From: Curvularia clavata
Taxonomy: Eukaryota
Direction: 5' to 3'
Assembly (NCBI GenBank): GCA_023920165.1
Contig: CP089276.1
Location: 2,046,001-2,110,000 of the forward strand
DNA length: 64,000 bases
The notes below the pieces were generated by a model. It was not told where the DNA came from and searched no databases. It worked only from the letters and a program-made list of their open reading frames with translations. Shown here in pieces: positions 48,762 through 61,715 of this stretch (the stretch's first letter is position 1; every line of letters starts with the position of its first letter). The position numbers and the translations under genes are program-made.

Positions 48762-51034
48762 ATGCTTTGCGACCTATGCATTGGTATGCTCAGCCGGAGC
48801 GAAGGTCTTATCAAAATTCATACCCTCGAATACACATTCAGACATCATGAGTCAACAAGAACACTTCAGCATTCAAGGGATATGGATTGCCCAGTCTGTG
48901 TAAGGCTGGCGAGAACGCTGAATCTGGAGGCTGATGTTTCACAAGGCCAGCCTTTATGTATTCGAGCAACATTGAATTGGGAAAGATCATATAGCAACGA
49001 AACAGGAAAACGGACTTTTAGGCTTGACTTCGAGCTTGGGGACAATCGCGAATGCACCTTTTTCCTAGCAGAAACAGGTAGATGAACCACACAGAAGACG
49101 ATGCCCTCATTTTTCTAATGTCTGTAGATGAAGAAGAGTCACTTGACTTCCATAGCAGCACCTTTGGAGATTTTACAGAAACGGCACAAACCTGGATGAG
49201 AAAGTGTAACTGTGCCAAGTTCTGGGAAGAGCCTTGCACGAAATGGTACCCTCGTCGTCTATTGGATTTGGCAGAGTTGCAAACCAGTTTCCAAGATCCA
49301 CAAAGGGCGAGAGTACTTTTGGTAGAGACTGAAGAATTTCTGAGCCAGCCAGAAGCATGTAGCGTGTTTTATCGTGCTCGAGTCAAGCATGGGAACGACC
49401 GCTATGTCACATTGAGCCATTGTTGGGGTAAACCGAAACCGGGCTCACCACCACCACTGAGAATGACTTTCGAGAATGAAGAGCGCTTTAAAACTGATGG
49501 TATCATGTTGCAGGATCTGCCAAAGACATTTCAAGACGCCGTCATATTCGCTGCAGGGCTGGAAAAGGTCGGTTTCATATGGATCGACTCTCTTTGTATC
49601 CGGCAACCAACTAAAGACAATGGTGTGAACCAAGAGGAGCAGCTCAAAGATTGGTTCGAGCAAAGTCGCCATATGGAAGTCGTGTATCAAAAGGCGTTCC
49701 TTAATATCTCCGCTACCGCTGCAAATGATGGACAAGACGGCTTGTTCTTCAACCGTCGACCAAAGCGTCTTTGGGGAAATAAAGTTTATGTGCATTACCC
49801 TGAGAACCATTCAGTTGGGTCATACCACGACGCCTCAAGACCAGACACCTACACGAGATGTTCCCTGATCGATACTTCTACTTGGGACGATCTCGTTGAG
49901 TATGCCCCAGTTAATCGACGGGCTTGGGTCTTCCAGGAACGCTTACTGGCACCACGCGTACTCCACTTTGGCCACAACCAGCTCGCCTGGGAGTGTCATG
50001 AATTCAGTTGCAGTGAAAGTCACTCTCCGAATGAATTAGCGATCAAGCCATCCCGTACCGACGGCTTCGTTCAGGAAGGTCGCTTGAAGCACCTAACAGC
50101 TTCTACAGGACGCTCGTTCCGCGAAGCACGATTGAACGGGTTTCGAGATCCTGATCAGCACATCAAAGACATACACATCTACGAACTATGGAAAAAAACA
50201 GTCGAAAACTATTCTCAAAAACAGCTTACAGAGAACAAAGACAAACTCATCGCACTCAGCGGCATAGCAAAACTGTTCCACAATGAGCTTTTCAGTACAG
50301 ACTTCGAGCAGGAATATGTCGCTGGGCTATGGAGCCGTCACATCGAAAGTCAGCTATTATGGCATGTAAACGAGGTATACCATGGCAACGGAATCTATGA
50401 CAACCCTGGAACGCGGTACCCAGAAAGCGGGCCCTCGTGGACATGGGCTGCTATCGATACTCCACATGGAGTCACATACAGCGATGTCACAGATTACATG
50501 TCCTCGCAACACAGCCCTGCAAACTTTACTGACGTACTTCTCTTCCGAGTCAAAGACTACAGCATCACTCTCGCTGACCCAAAGAACCCCTTTGGCATAC
50601 TCGCGTCCGGCCGCATCTTTCTTGCACCGCGCTATCTCCACCCAATCGAACTCCAGAGGCAAGCTGCTGGCCAAGGCGTACCCTATACCTGGCGCCTGAA
50701 AACAGGGTCGCATAGTAAGCGGCAACACAAATACGCCAACATCTACCTTGATGCACCGAATTCCGACACCGATATCTTTGGTGAGAGCGCTCAATTGTAC
50801 TGCATGCCTGGGGCATATGGTGAGCGGACAGTAAGAAGTGCAGATCGTTATTTGTACTGCTTGTTGCTCAAGTATGAGGGCGACGTTCTATCCTCACCAA
50901 GTGAGCGGGAACAAGGATGTGGGCGGTATAGGAATTTTCGTCGGGTTGGTATTACCAAAGTGGGTGGTATGTTTAGGGCCGCGCAAGATGCGTTGAAGCA
51001 AGGGGAGACGCAAGAAGTTATTTGTGTGTGCTGA
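48762..51034 (+). CDS. HET (heterokaryon incompatibility) domain protein; 2 exons
   Basis: MLCDLC...CPVC N-terminus, intron 49078-49127, HET motifs YVTLSHCWG, LPKTFQDAV, FIWIDSLCI, MEVVYQKAFLNISA, RRAWVFQERLLAPRVLHF, DKLIALSGIA, YVAGLW, PSWTWA. Confidence 0.92.
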
Positions 51035-51372
51035 GTTGACTGTTATCATTCGACAAGCGTTTTTCTCGTTGTATCAGTGAGAAAACTTGATGTAAACTTT
51101 GATGTTTTGTATTTCTAATCATTTGGATAACAATTCAGGAGGCGATTTGAATGGATGTGTTGAATTGAATCTGTCTCGACAATTTCCACCAGCACAGGGA
51201 AAGTGCGAGACTACCCCACAACTCTGCAATGACAACCCCGCAGTCCTTTGAACCAATCACTAGCAAAGAAGAAGCCGTGAAACGTCTGTTCAACCCATGT
51301 CACCTTTTGCCTAATTTTTATCAGGAATATAATCTATATAACTTTTTAAACAAGCAAAGATTACCTAATACC

Positions 51373-51462
51373 GGGCGCTTGGTCTAGGGGTATGATTTTC
51401 GCTTCGCATCATAAAACGTGCGTACTTGTGAAAGGTCGTGGGTTCAATTCCCACAGCGTCCA
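51373..51462 (+). tRNA. tRNA-Ala(CGC) with an 18-nt intron (51409-51426)
   Basis: Acceptor stem GGGCGCT/AGCGTCC with G3:U70 and discriminator A73. A-box TGGTCTAGGGG, anticodon stem TTCGC/GTGAA, anticodon CGC at 51405-51407, intron after position 37. T-arm GTGGG-TTCAATT-CCCAC, T-run terminator from 51466. Confidence 0.9.
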
Positions 51463-51901
51463 CAGTTTTGTTTTTGCTTCTCCATTCCTCTCCTTCTTGC
51501 ACTTGCACTCTATCACCGATTTTTTTATTGGTATGAAGTGGGAGAAGAAAGGCGGGACACGTACGGGGAGTGGAGAACAAAGGTGATGGTGGTCAATGAT
51601 TACAACAATTGTTTTTATCCTAGGTCGAAGACAGGGACGGGTCAATGGAAAAGAGAAGGGATGATTGGGTCACTTGATGGAGGTAGACAGTTCAAGTAGC
51701 AGACCACGTAAAATGTGTATTGCTGTTGTGAATGAAGAAGAAGTATTTACAGAGAAAAGATATCTGGGGTATATATGTACGCGTGCGCCCGTCAACCCCA
51801 AAAACTAACAAGAGATCAACAACCAGTGCTGACTTTTTGAATATATGTACGTTGCCGAGTCCTGTTCAAGAACTTGATAGTTTCTCCCACGAATGCGCTA
51901 T

Positions 51902-53803
51902 CTAGTACTTTGCGTGGTGCCTTGTGAGCCTCTGCCTGTGCTCTCTCATGAATCTTTCCATGCGTACGTTTCTTGCGGCAACTGTGGGTGCTGGCGTCGG
52001 GGCGGCGGTAGCTGTGACAGTATAGTAAACAGTCTCACATACGGTCTGGACAGACTGGATGAGGTCTGTAACGACGGGAACGACTGGAGCGGCGACGGAT
52101 GCATTGGCGGGAGTTGTCGGGGCTGGCGCTGGAACTGGAGCTTCTGGTGCAGAAGCTGGGGCTTTCGGTGACGAGGCTGGAGCTTCCGGTGATGAAGATG
52201 GGGTTCCTGGTGCTGGAGCTGCGGATGCGACCGGGGCACCAGTGGGCTGGGCGGCACTCTGACTCAAGCTGGGAGATGCTGCGGTGCTGGTTGAGTTCTG
52301 GACCGGGGCACTGGTTTTCTGGGGAGGCGAGGTAGCAGATTTAGATGTTGGCTTCGTACCGTTGGAACCACCTGCACCGCCCTGAGGCCACTGGAAACCA
52401 GGCATACCACCTGCGCCGGTTGGTGCTGGACCTGGAGCTGCGACAAGGGTTGGTGGTGTAACGGGTTTAATGCCCTGTTCGGTTTCGGTTTCGGTGGGAC
52501 TCTGGACTGGAGACTTTGGGAAGCTGGGGCTTGGACGACGGCTCGGAGCGCTGGGAGCAGTTCCATAGACAGGCGAAGATGCAACTGGAGCAGAAACCGG
52601 GGTGGACAACGTTTCGCTGGTAGGAATAGGCGCAAAGATGCTCGATACGGACGGTTTGGTGACCGATATTGGGACAGAAGGGAGGCCAGTCGGTCCAGCA
52701 AGTGTAGAGGACACGACAAGCGTCTCGCTTGGGACAGGCACTGGGAGAGAGGCAGCGCTGCTCTGCTGAGGTGCTGACGAAGGCTTTGGCTTGGGAGCCT
52801 CACCATTGTCCTGATATACCTTCAAAGCGTTGATTGTCCAGTAAGCCTCTGCGAAAGCCTCGGGATTGTTCTGTACCCATTCTTGGCAAGTAGCGGCCTT
52901 TTGCGAGCAAGAGCTAGATTCCCAAACATCGGTGGCCCCGGCCCATACACCACAGAAGGTGGTATCAAACACAATCTGATGCTGTTTGAATGTGTTTTCA
53001 ATGTCACAGCCACCTTCAAACTTGGCAGATGGCTTGCCCCAGCCACTTGGGTCTGGGCTGTCACCAAGAACATCTTCTGGAACAGAGCCGCGAGGGAAGA
53101 AGTAGACGCTGATGGCATCCGAAGTCCACTGAGTTGCGTATACACCTCCGCCAATCGCGTTCAAGCCAGCGCCATAGCTCTGAGTTGATGTGTCGCCGAT
53201 AGAGCATCCCTGGTTATCCTTTTGACCTTTGGCTTTGACGTCGCAGTTCTTCGATGTTACGTTACCAGCGAACTGGGTGGTATCGGAACCGATCTGACAG
53301 CCGGGTCCTGTGTGAAGAGTCATCTGATTGACTACCTGATCGTTCACACCTTCAATGATGTCGATTTCGCCATTGTTGGGCCAGTTGGAACCGGTTGTCC
53401 AGAACCTGCAGATGTTTAGAATTATGCTCCTAAAAGGGGAAATAGTCAAGGCTACTTACGCTGGCCATGTGCCACAGCCAAAAGGCATATGGGCAACATC
53501 TACAACAATCAAGCCACTGTTGTACTTCTTCTTGCTTTCCAGGCGAACACTGGGCCTTCCCTCCGGACATTCGTTTTGGTGGTCAACGCCCCACGACGCA
53601 CCTGCAGTAACCGAGGCGTTGATGAGGTTTGTTTGCCTTGCTGTGTCTTCGTCAACATACTTGACAAAGCCCTCGGTCGGGTCTGGTGATGTGAAGAAGT
53701 CAAAAGAGCCGTAAAAGTCAGTCATGTAGTCATCCTCTAGAACATAGCCAGCTATGCTCAGTTGGAAAAAGGCCGCAGCCGAAGTGAGTGTGGTGAAACG
53801 CAT
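51902..53803 (-). CDS. Secreted GH16 endo-1,3(4)-beta-glucanase (Mlg1-like) with a long P/S/T-rich tail; 2 exons
   Basis: Signal peptide MRFTTLTSAAAFFQLSIAG, GRPSVRLES, HMPFGCGTWPA|FW (intron 53406-53459), catalytic GEIDIIEG, IVFDTTFCG. Confidence 0.92.
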
Positions 53804-54638
53804 CGTCGAGATGGTAAAAGAAAAGGAACCAAATAAGGAGTGACTGCGTACTAGACGCGTGAGGAAAAACTGGCGCAAGAACTGAACGGACGGCGGACAA
53901 AGTATCGAGGTACTAGGCCGCCAGAGTGACAGGACTTATCTATATACGTAGGCCCACGGGTGGAGGGTATATTGCTACCCGGACCATAACAGCCAGCCCC
54001 CATTCGCCGTGGACAGACTCGTGGACAGACCAGATGGGGCCCGGGGGCGCGAGCATCTCCCGTTGGGCCACATGGGCCTGGTTTCAATCTGAGGGTATAA
54101 TCCCCGGCTAGCAACAGTAAGGGCAGCTGCAGGAACCAGTCAGGCCCCAGGTCGTGGCTCGGTAGCGCTGGGCAAGGCTGGCCAGATGTTTAACCAAACG
54201 TGCGCTGTTTCATGGGAAATGGACGGATGGGCTCGCTGGTGAGCGGGCATTGGCGCTTGAAACATGGGCATTGGCGCATCCCTGCGAGCACACGGCATTG
54301 TTATCGATTGCCTGGGGCATTCCCGAAGTTAGACGGCGGTGATTCGCTGCTCTTGGCTTGAAACACGGAGGAGTCGAATTTAGGACACAGGCACAAGGGC
54401 GGCTAAGAGCCAGTGGCGCCCGCTCGCGCTAGTGCTTTTGAAGCGAGCAAACCCGTTCCACCGCGCTGAAACCGACTACTTAGTCAGGGACACCGACGTG
54501 GGCAATTGATATCTGCATACTTTCCCTTGTTGTGGGCAGATCGGAACGAACAATCTGTCGAGTAGCTCGGGTGTATACGTGTAATTAAGTTTATTCTTTT
54601 CTAACATGTTGTATCGTTACTGTCAGGCTAGGTGAGAT

Positions 54639-56076
<1,438 letters not shown>

Positions 56077-56672
56077 TTTGGGGTATCTTGGAAGTGTTGG
56101 AAGTGAGGGTGAGTGGGAGGAGAAGGCAGGAAAATATACCGACAGCTGGATTCCCCCCGACAACAGAGACACCTTTTTCAAGATTACTCTAAGAGCGAAA
56201 TCGCATTCAAGTCGACCAATAGACGCTAGAGGGGCCCATTTATCCCCGTTCCAGACCAATCACAGTCAGCGTCCAGAAACTCTACTGACTGCCGCTCCTG
56301 GAGTACAGACACTGTTCGCGACCAGGGCCCGTAGCTTAGGGCCGCACCCGGTTGAAAGAAGATTCGATTGCGAAGACACTACTAGTTCTTTTCCTAGAAT
56401 TTATCATGTTGTCGTGGATCTCTAGGCATGCAAAGTAAGCAAGTTGGGAGTACTGTGGTAACTTTGCTGAGGCTTGGGCCCGTGCTCAGTCGCCTTGTCC
56501 CTGCAGCTGGGCCCGCCTCCCATTGGCCGGCGCGCCACCCAGCTCTCACCGCCTACGCTAGCCCGCCATCCGCGGAACCAGCCTTTTCGCGACGCTCTGA
56601 ACTTTTGCGAGAGCTTCAAGCTGCTCGACGCGCATCACCGCCGCTGCACCAACCCCACCGCCGACAGCCACC

Positions 56673-59600
56673 ATGGACGACCTTTACGACGAGTTCGGAA
56701 ACTTCATTGGCGAGGCCGAGTCCGACGACGATGTCCAAAGCACCGGCGAGGCTGCCGGCGCCGATGCCTACGTTCTCGATGATGAAGATGAGGCCGAGGC
56801 CAATGACCAGCAGCTGATGGAGGTCGACGAGGGCCCTTCCAACGCCGTCGTTCTACACGAGGACAAGCAGTACTACCCTTCCGCATCAGACGTATATGGT
56901 CGCGATGTGGAGGTGCTAGTGCATGAGGAAGATACACAGTCGCTGGCGCAACCCATCATTGCTCCAGTCGTGCAAAAGAAGTTCTCGATTGAAGAGGCCG
57001 ACCTGCCCCCCGTCTTTCACTCAAGAGAGCTCTTGACCGATTTGATGAACTTCCCCGACCAGATACGAAACATTGCTCTCGCCGGACACTTGCACCATGG
57101 AAAGACTGCGTTTATGGACATGCTGGTCATGGAGACGCACGACATCCAAGATCGCCTGGACTATAAGAGGGGAAAGAAGCGCGAGGAGCAGCTGCGCTAC
57201 ACCGACGTACACGTGCTCGAGCGCGAGCGAGGTCTGTCCATCAAGGCCGCGCCAATGAGCCTGGTGCTCCAGAACACAAAATCCAAATCCCACCTGTTCA
57301 ACATACTCGACACACCCGGGCACGTAAATTTCGCCGACGAAGTCGCCGCCTCACTACGTTTGGTTGACGGAGTGGTTCTAGTGGTGGACGTTGTTGAAGG
57401 TGTGCAGGTCAACACGGAGCAGATCATCAAGCATGCAGTGCTGGAGGACCTGCCCTTGACGCTGGTGGTCAATAAGATGGACCGGCTGATTCTGGAACTG
57501 AAGCTGCCGCCTAGCGACGCATACTTCAAAATCAAACACGTAATCGAAGAGGTCAACACTGTCATTGAGAACACCATTCCCGGTCGGGGTGAGAGCAGGC
57601 GTGTAAGCCCTGAAAAAGGCAACGTCGCTTTCGCCTGCTCCAGCATGCGATGGTGCTTCACAATCCAGTCGTTTGCCAAGATGTACTCCGACTTCTATCC
57701 CGGGCCTTCGAAGCTGCCAGGATTCGGCGTTCCCATGAAGGGATTGGATATTGACAAGTTTGCTATGCGACTTTGGGGCGATATTTTCTACAACCCAGGG
57801 AGCCGAAAGTTCAGTCGCAAGCGACAAGAGGAGGGCTCGCAACGGTCTTTCGTACACTGGATCCTGGAGCCCGTTTACAAGATCTACTCGCACACGCTTA
57901 GTCAAAGCCCGGATGACCTCAAAGAAACGCTAGAATCTCTAGGCATACGGTTGAAGCCATCCGAGTACAAAACAGATGCGAAGGAGTTGATGCGACTTGT
58001 ATGCCAGCAGTACTTCGGTCCGTCCGCGGGTTTTGTAGACATGGTCATACAGCACGTTCCATCTCCTGAGGAAGGCGCGCAACGACTTCTGCAAAGACAC
58101 TACACTGGACCCTTAGACACGAAGACAGCAGAGGCAATGCAAAAGTGCGACCAGAACGGTCCCCTTGTCATACACGTCACAAAACTCTTTAATGCGACAG
58201 ATGCAAAATCATTCACAGCACTGGGTCGAGTGCTGAGTGGTACCGCAACTTCGCCGCAGTCGGTACGCGTACTCGGTGAAGGCTACACAATTGAAGACGA
58301 GGAAGACATGGTTGTTGCAATTGTAACAGATACATGGATAGCCGAGTCGAGGTACAACATCCCAGTCAGTGGCGTGCCAGCAGGCAACTGGGTTCTGCTT
58401 GGTGGTGTCGACAATTCAATAGTCAAGACAGCAACTATTGTAGCCACCAAGCTACCGGATGAAGAGGATGCATATATTTTCAAACCTATTCGGCACTTTT
58501 TCGAGTCCGTCTTCAAGGTTGCAGTCGAGCCAATCAACCCATCTGAGCTACCAAAGATGCTTGATGGTCTCCGCAAGATCAACAAATCGTACCCGCTCAT
58601 CACGACAAAGGTCGAAGAGTCGGGGGAGCATGTAGTTCTCGGCACCGGCGAGCTTTACATGGATTGTGTATTGCACGATCTTCGACGACTGTATGCTGAC
58701 ATGGAGATCAAGGTCTCCGACCCAGTCACTCGATTCTGTGAGACAGTTGTAGAGATGTCTGCAATGAAATGCTACGCGTCCACACCAAACAAGAAGAACA
58801 AGCTCACAATGATTGCTGAGCCGCTAGATCCTGGAATCGCTGAAGATATCGAGGCGGGCAAAGTCAACATCAAGGACCCTGTCCGTGTAGTTGGCAAGTT
58901 TTTCGAGGAGAACTACGGCTACGATTTGCTCGCATCACGCAACATCTGGGCTTTCGGACCCGACGACATGGGTCCTAACATCCTACAAAACGATACCCTT
59001 CCTGCGGAGGTTGACAGCAAGATACTCCGGAGCGTGCGAGACACGCTGCGACAGGGTTTCAGCTGGGCTACGCGTGAAGGCCCGCTCTGTGAAGAGCCTA
59101 TTCGCAACACAAAGTTCCGTCTGACAGATGTTGAGCTTGCATCAGAAGCCATCTTCCGCGGCGGTGGTCAGATCATTCCCACAAGTCGACGAGCCTGCTA
59201 CTCGTCGTTCCTAATGGCAAGTCCCAGACTAATGGAGCCGGTGTACTCATGCAGTATGATTGGCCCGGCCGATACCAAGAGCAGTCTCTACACCGTTCTT
59301 GCACGCAGGAGAGGCCACGTTCTACAAGACGGGCCTATTGCGGGTACTCCACTTTACAACGTGCGCGGTCTTATCCCGGTCATCGATTCTTTTGGCTTCG
59401 AGACCGATCTGAGAGTACGTATTTACAATGACTTTTACTTGAGACATTCACTAACCCTACGACAGATCCACACACAGGGCCAAGTCTCCCTCTCTCTTGT
59501 CTTTGACCGCTGGTCTATTGTTCCTGGCGACCCACTTGACAAGGACATTACGACTCGCCCACTTGAGCCCGCCACTGCCCAACAATTGGCACGCGACTTT

Positions 59601-59711
59601 GTGCTCAAGACGAGGAGGCGAAAGGGTCTCGCTGAAGACGTCACCATAAGTAAGTTCTTGGAACCTGAGCTTTTCCGTAGTTTGAAGGAGAGCGGTGTAT
59701 TGGATGGATAA
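56673..59711 (+). CDS. SNU114: U5 snRNP GTPase Snu114 (EFTUD2); 2 exons with a 51-nt intron at 59415-59465
   Basis: MDDLYDEFGNFIG, GHLHHGKT, DTPGHVNF, NKMD and EF-2-like domains. Removing the intron restores FGFETDLR|IHTQGQ. Confidence 0.96.
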   Translation: MDDLYDEFGNFIGEAESDDDVQSTGEAAGADAYVLDDEDEAEANDQQLMEVDEGPSNAVVLHEDKQYYPSASDVYGRDVEVLVHEEDTQSLAQPIIAPVVQKKFSIEEADLPPVFHSRELLTDLMNFPDQIRNIALAGHLHHGKTAFMDMLVMETHDIQDRLDYKRGKKREEQLRYTDVHVLERERGLSIKAAPMSLVLQNTKSKSHLFNILDTPGHVNFADEVAASLRLVDGVVLVVDVVEGVQVNTEQIIKHAVLEDLPLTLVVNKMDRLILELKLPPSDAYFKIKHVIEEVNTVIENTIPGRGESRRVSPEKGNVAFACSSMRWCFTIQSFAKMYSDFYPGPSKLPGFGVPMKGLDIDKFAMRLWGDIFYNPGSRKFSRKRQEEGSQRSFVHWILEPVYKIYSHTLSQSPDDLKETLESLGIRLKPSEYKTDAKELMRLVCQQYFGPSAGFVDMVIQHVPSPEEGAQRLLQRHYTGPLDTKTAEAMQKCDQNGPLVIHVTKLFNATDAKSFTALGRVLSGTATSPQSVRVLGEGYTIEDEEDMVVAIVTDTWIAESRYNIPVSGVPAGNWVLLGGVDNSIVKTATIVATKLPDEEDAYIFKPIRHFFESVFKVAVEPINPSELPKMLDGLRKINKSYPLITTKVEESGEHVVLGTGELYMDCVLHDLRRLYADMEIKVSDPVTRFCETVVEMSAMKCYASTPNKKNKLTMIAEPLDPGIAEDIEAGKVNIKDPVRVVGKFFEENYGYDLLASRNIWAFGPDDMGPNILQNDTLPAEVDSKILRSVRDTLRQGFSWATREGPLCEEPIRNTKFRLTDVELASEAIFRGGGQIIPTSRRACYSSFLMASPRLMEPVYSCSMIGPADTKSSLYTVLARRRGHVLQDGPIAGTPLYNVRGLIPVIDSFGFETDLRVRIYNDFYLRHSLTLRQIHTQGQVSLSLVFDRWSIVPGDPLDKDITTRPLEPATAQQLARDFVLKTRRRKGLAEDVTISKFLEPELFRSLKESGVLDG

Positions 59712-60074
59712 GAGATATACGCTTGTAATACCATGCATTGGAGTAATGGCGCCGACGCCAAAATCATTTTGCGAGGAGGGAATTCAAAAGCCTTTTGAGT
59801 GGTACGTATCCCTAGTGTTAGAGATACTCTGGCGGGATTAGAAATGAAATATACCCATGACTGTCTCGATTCTATTTTCCGTCTCTATGGTGCGTGTGAT
59901 GGAGAAACTGAGCCCGCAGACATGTCGCACACTACTCATCAATATCAGACGAAACCCGGGCAAGGTAAAAACCAAATCGACATTCGGGTATCACAAACAC
60001 GGTAGCCCTACACATGGACAAAGCTCACAACAACCCACTAAGCTGATGCAATAAACGCAGCTTTTCTCCCAGCA

Positions 60075-61715
60075 TCATAAAATCTGATACTCATTCTCTT
60101 CGTCACTCTCATCCTCGGGCCTCCTGACAACCTCATCCTCAATCTCCTCATGCACCAGCAACCCCATCTCATACGTCTCCTCTCTAATTCCCTCTGCCTC
60201 CTCCCTCCCGACCTTACAATCCTCCATGATAAGTAGCACAGCCGCCTCAGGCACCATGACAGCCTGGACAAACGCCGCGATGCCAGAAGCTTGCACGACG
60301 CCGTCTTTGCACTGCTTGATTTCGGATTTGAGCAAGTCCATGATGTTTTCGGTGATGAGGCGGCGGCCGTGTGGGCCGTAGTAGCCTGGGTATGCAGCGC
60401 GTTCGTCAAGAGCGTATGAGTCTAATTCTTCTTGCTGTGCTTCGGATAGGTCTATTCGTTTCGAAGGGACAGCGGCGGCTTTGCCGGTCAGGGCTAGGGG
60501 CTCGTAGCGGTCTCTGTGGATGCTGGGGCGTTGGTTGTGCAAAATTTGACCCAATGTTGCTTTGTTCTTGCGTATCCGTTGCGGGAGGGCTTCCCAGTTG
60601 ATATCGGGGTATCCGGATTCCACGTAAGATTTTTGGGCGGAGATCTTCTTGTGTAGGTGACAGAAGGCGGATTTGTTCTTGACCGTCTTGTTTTTGCCTT
60701 TCCAAAAATCCCAGTAGTCGGTTTGCTCGACTGGCTGGTTACATAGTGTGCAATGTGAACCTTCCTCTTCTACTTGAGGTAGATGTTCGATGTAGTTGCT
60801 GACTTCATCAAGATATTCTTGGGCAGCACTGGATTCTGCTTGTGATGACGGTGGTTCGTTGTTTTCTTTCCATGAACTGAGTTGTTTCATCAGTCTGGCG
60901 GATTTTGCGGCTTTCTCAGCCTTTTCTGATACAGGTGCTTGTGATATAGAATCGAGGACTTCGGAAAGTTGATCATCGTCGTAAGGGACAGTCTCAGCGT
61001 CCTTGTCTTTTGTCTGGCTGGATTTGGCTTTGCTGGTTACTCTCCGTAAATTTTGATCCTCGGGCGACATAGGGTCTTCAATTTCCTCGTCCTTCATAGA
61101 CACATCTGATTCGCTTTCAGAATCCTGGCTTGGTTGCTTGCCCTTCAACTGACTAGCTGATCCAGAAGGTCGCACAGCAGCCTTGGCAGGTCCTCGGCCA
61201 AACTTCTTCGGCATTGGAGCATGTATATTTTTGATCTTTGAGCCGTATCCTATCGCATTTTTCTTCTTCTGGGAGACATGTTCCATGCCCCACCGGATTG
61301 GGCTGTCGCTAGCCGACGCACCAGAAGACGAGGGTGCGTTCTCCTTGTTATCAACTTTCCCATTCGCTGTCTTGAGCTCTTGGCTGCTCTGATACGTGCC
61401 TCTTGATGGCGTCCTTATCGAAATATTCTGCTTGGCAGTCTTCTTCTGTGCTCTCTTCAATTCCGTATCCACATCGCGATACGCCGGCATGATAGGTTTT
61501 GATTTGGTTGATCGTGGTGGGGGAGCACGTATATCATCGTCGGAGGAAACTGGGTCGGCATTGATATTGATTTCGTCCTGCTCTTTTCGAGTAGGTACTT
61601 CGCTATTTTCTCGTCTCTTTGCCGTCGGCTCTTCATGATCTTCGTCAGTCGCATGCCGCTTCCCTCCAACAGTCTTGAGCAGCGGGCGAGCGCCCTTCCT
61701 TGTTAGACCGGCCAT
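60075..61715 (-). CDS. RTC4 (restriction of telomere capping 4)-domain protein; single exon
   Basis: Charged, probably disordered N-terminus. C-terminal FCHLHK...GYPDINW, GYYGPHG, FVQAVMVPEAAVLLIMED motifs. ATG 61715 (MAGLTRKG). Confidence 0.78.
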   Translation of the reverse strand: MAGLTRKGARPLLKTVGGKRHATDEDHEEPTAKRRENSEVPTRKEQDEININADPVSSDDDIRAPPPRSTKSKPIMPAYRDVDTELKRAQKKTAKQNISIRTPSRGTYQSSQELKTANGKVDNKENAPSSSGASASDSPIRWGMEHVSQKKKNAIGYGSKIKNIHAPMPKKFGRGPAKAAVRPSGSASQLKGKQPSQDSESESDVSMKDEEIEDPMSPEDQNLRRVTSKAKSSQTKDKDAETVPYDDDQLSEVLDSISQAPVSEKAEKAAKSARLMKQLSSWKENNEPPSSQAESSAAQEYLDEVSNYIEHLPQVEEEGSHCTLCNQPVEQTDYWDFWKGKNKTVKNKSAFCHLHKKISAQKSYVESGYPDINWEALPQRIRKNKATLGQILHNQRPSIHRDRYEPLALTGKAAAVPSKRIDLSEAQQEELDSYALDERAAYPGYYGPHGRRLITENIMDLLKSEIKQCKDGVVQASGIAAFVQAVMVPEAAVLLIMEDCKVGREEAEGIREETYEMGLLVHEEIEDEVVRRPEDESDEENEYQIL

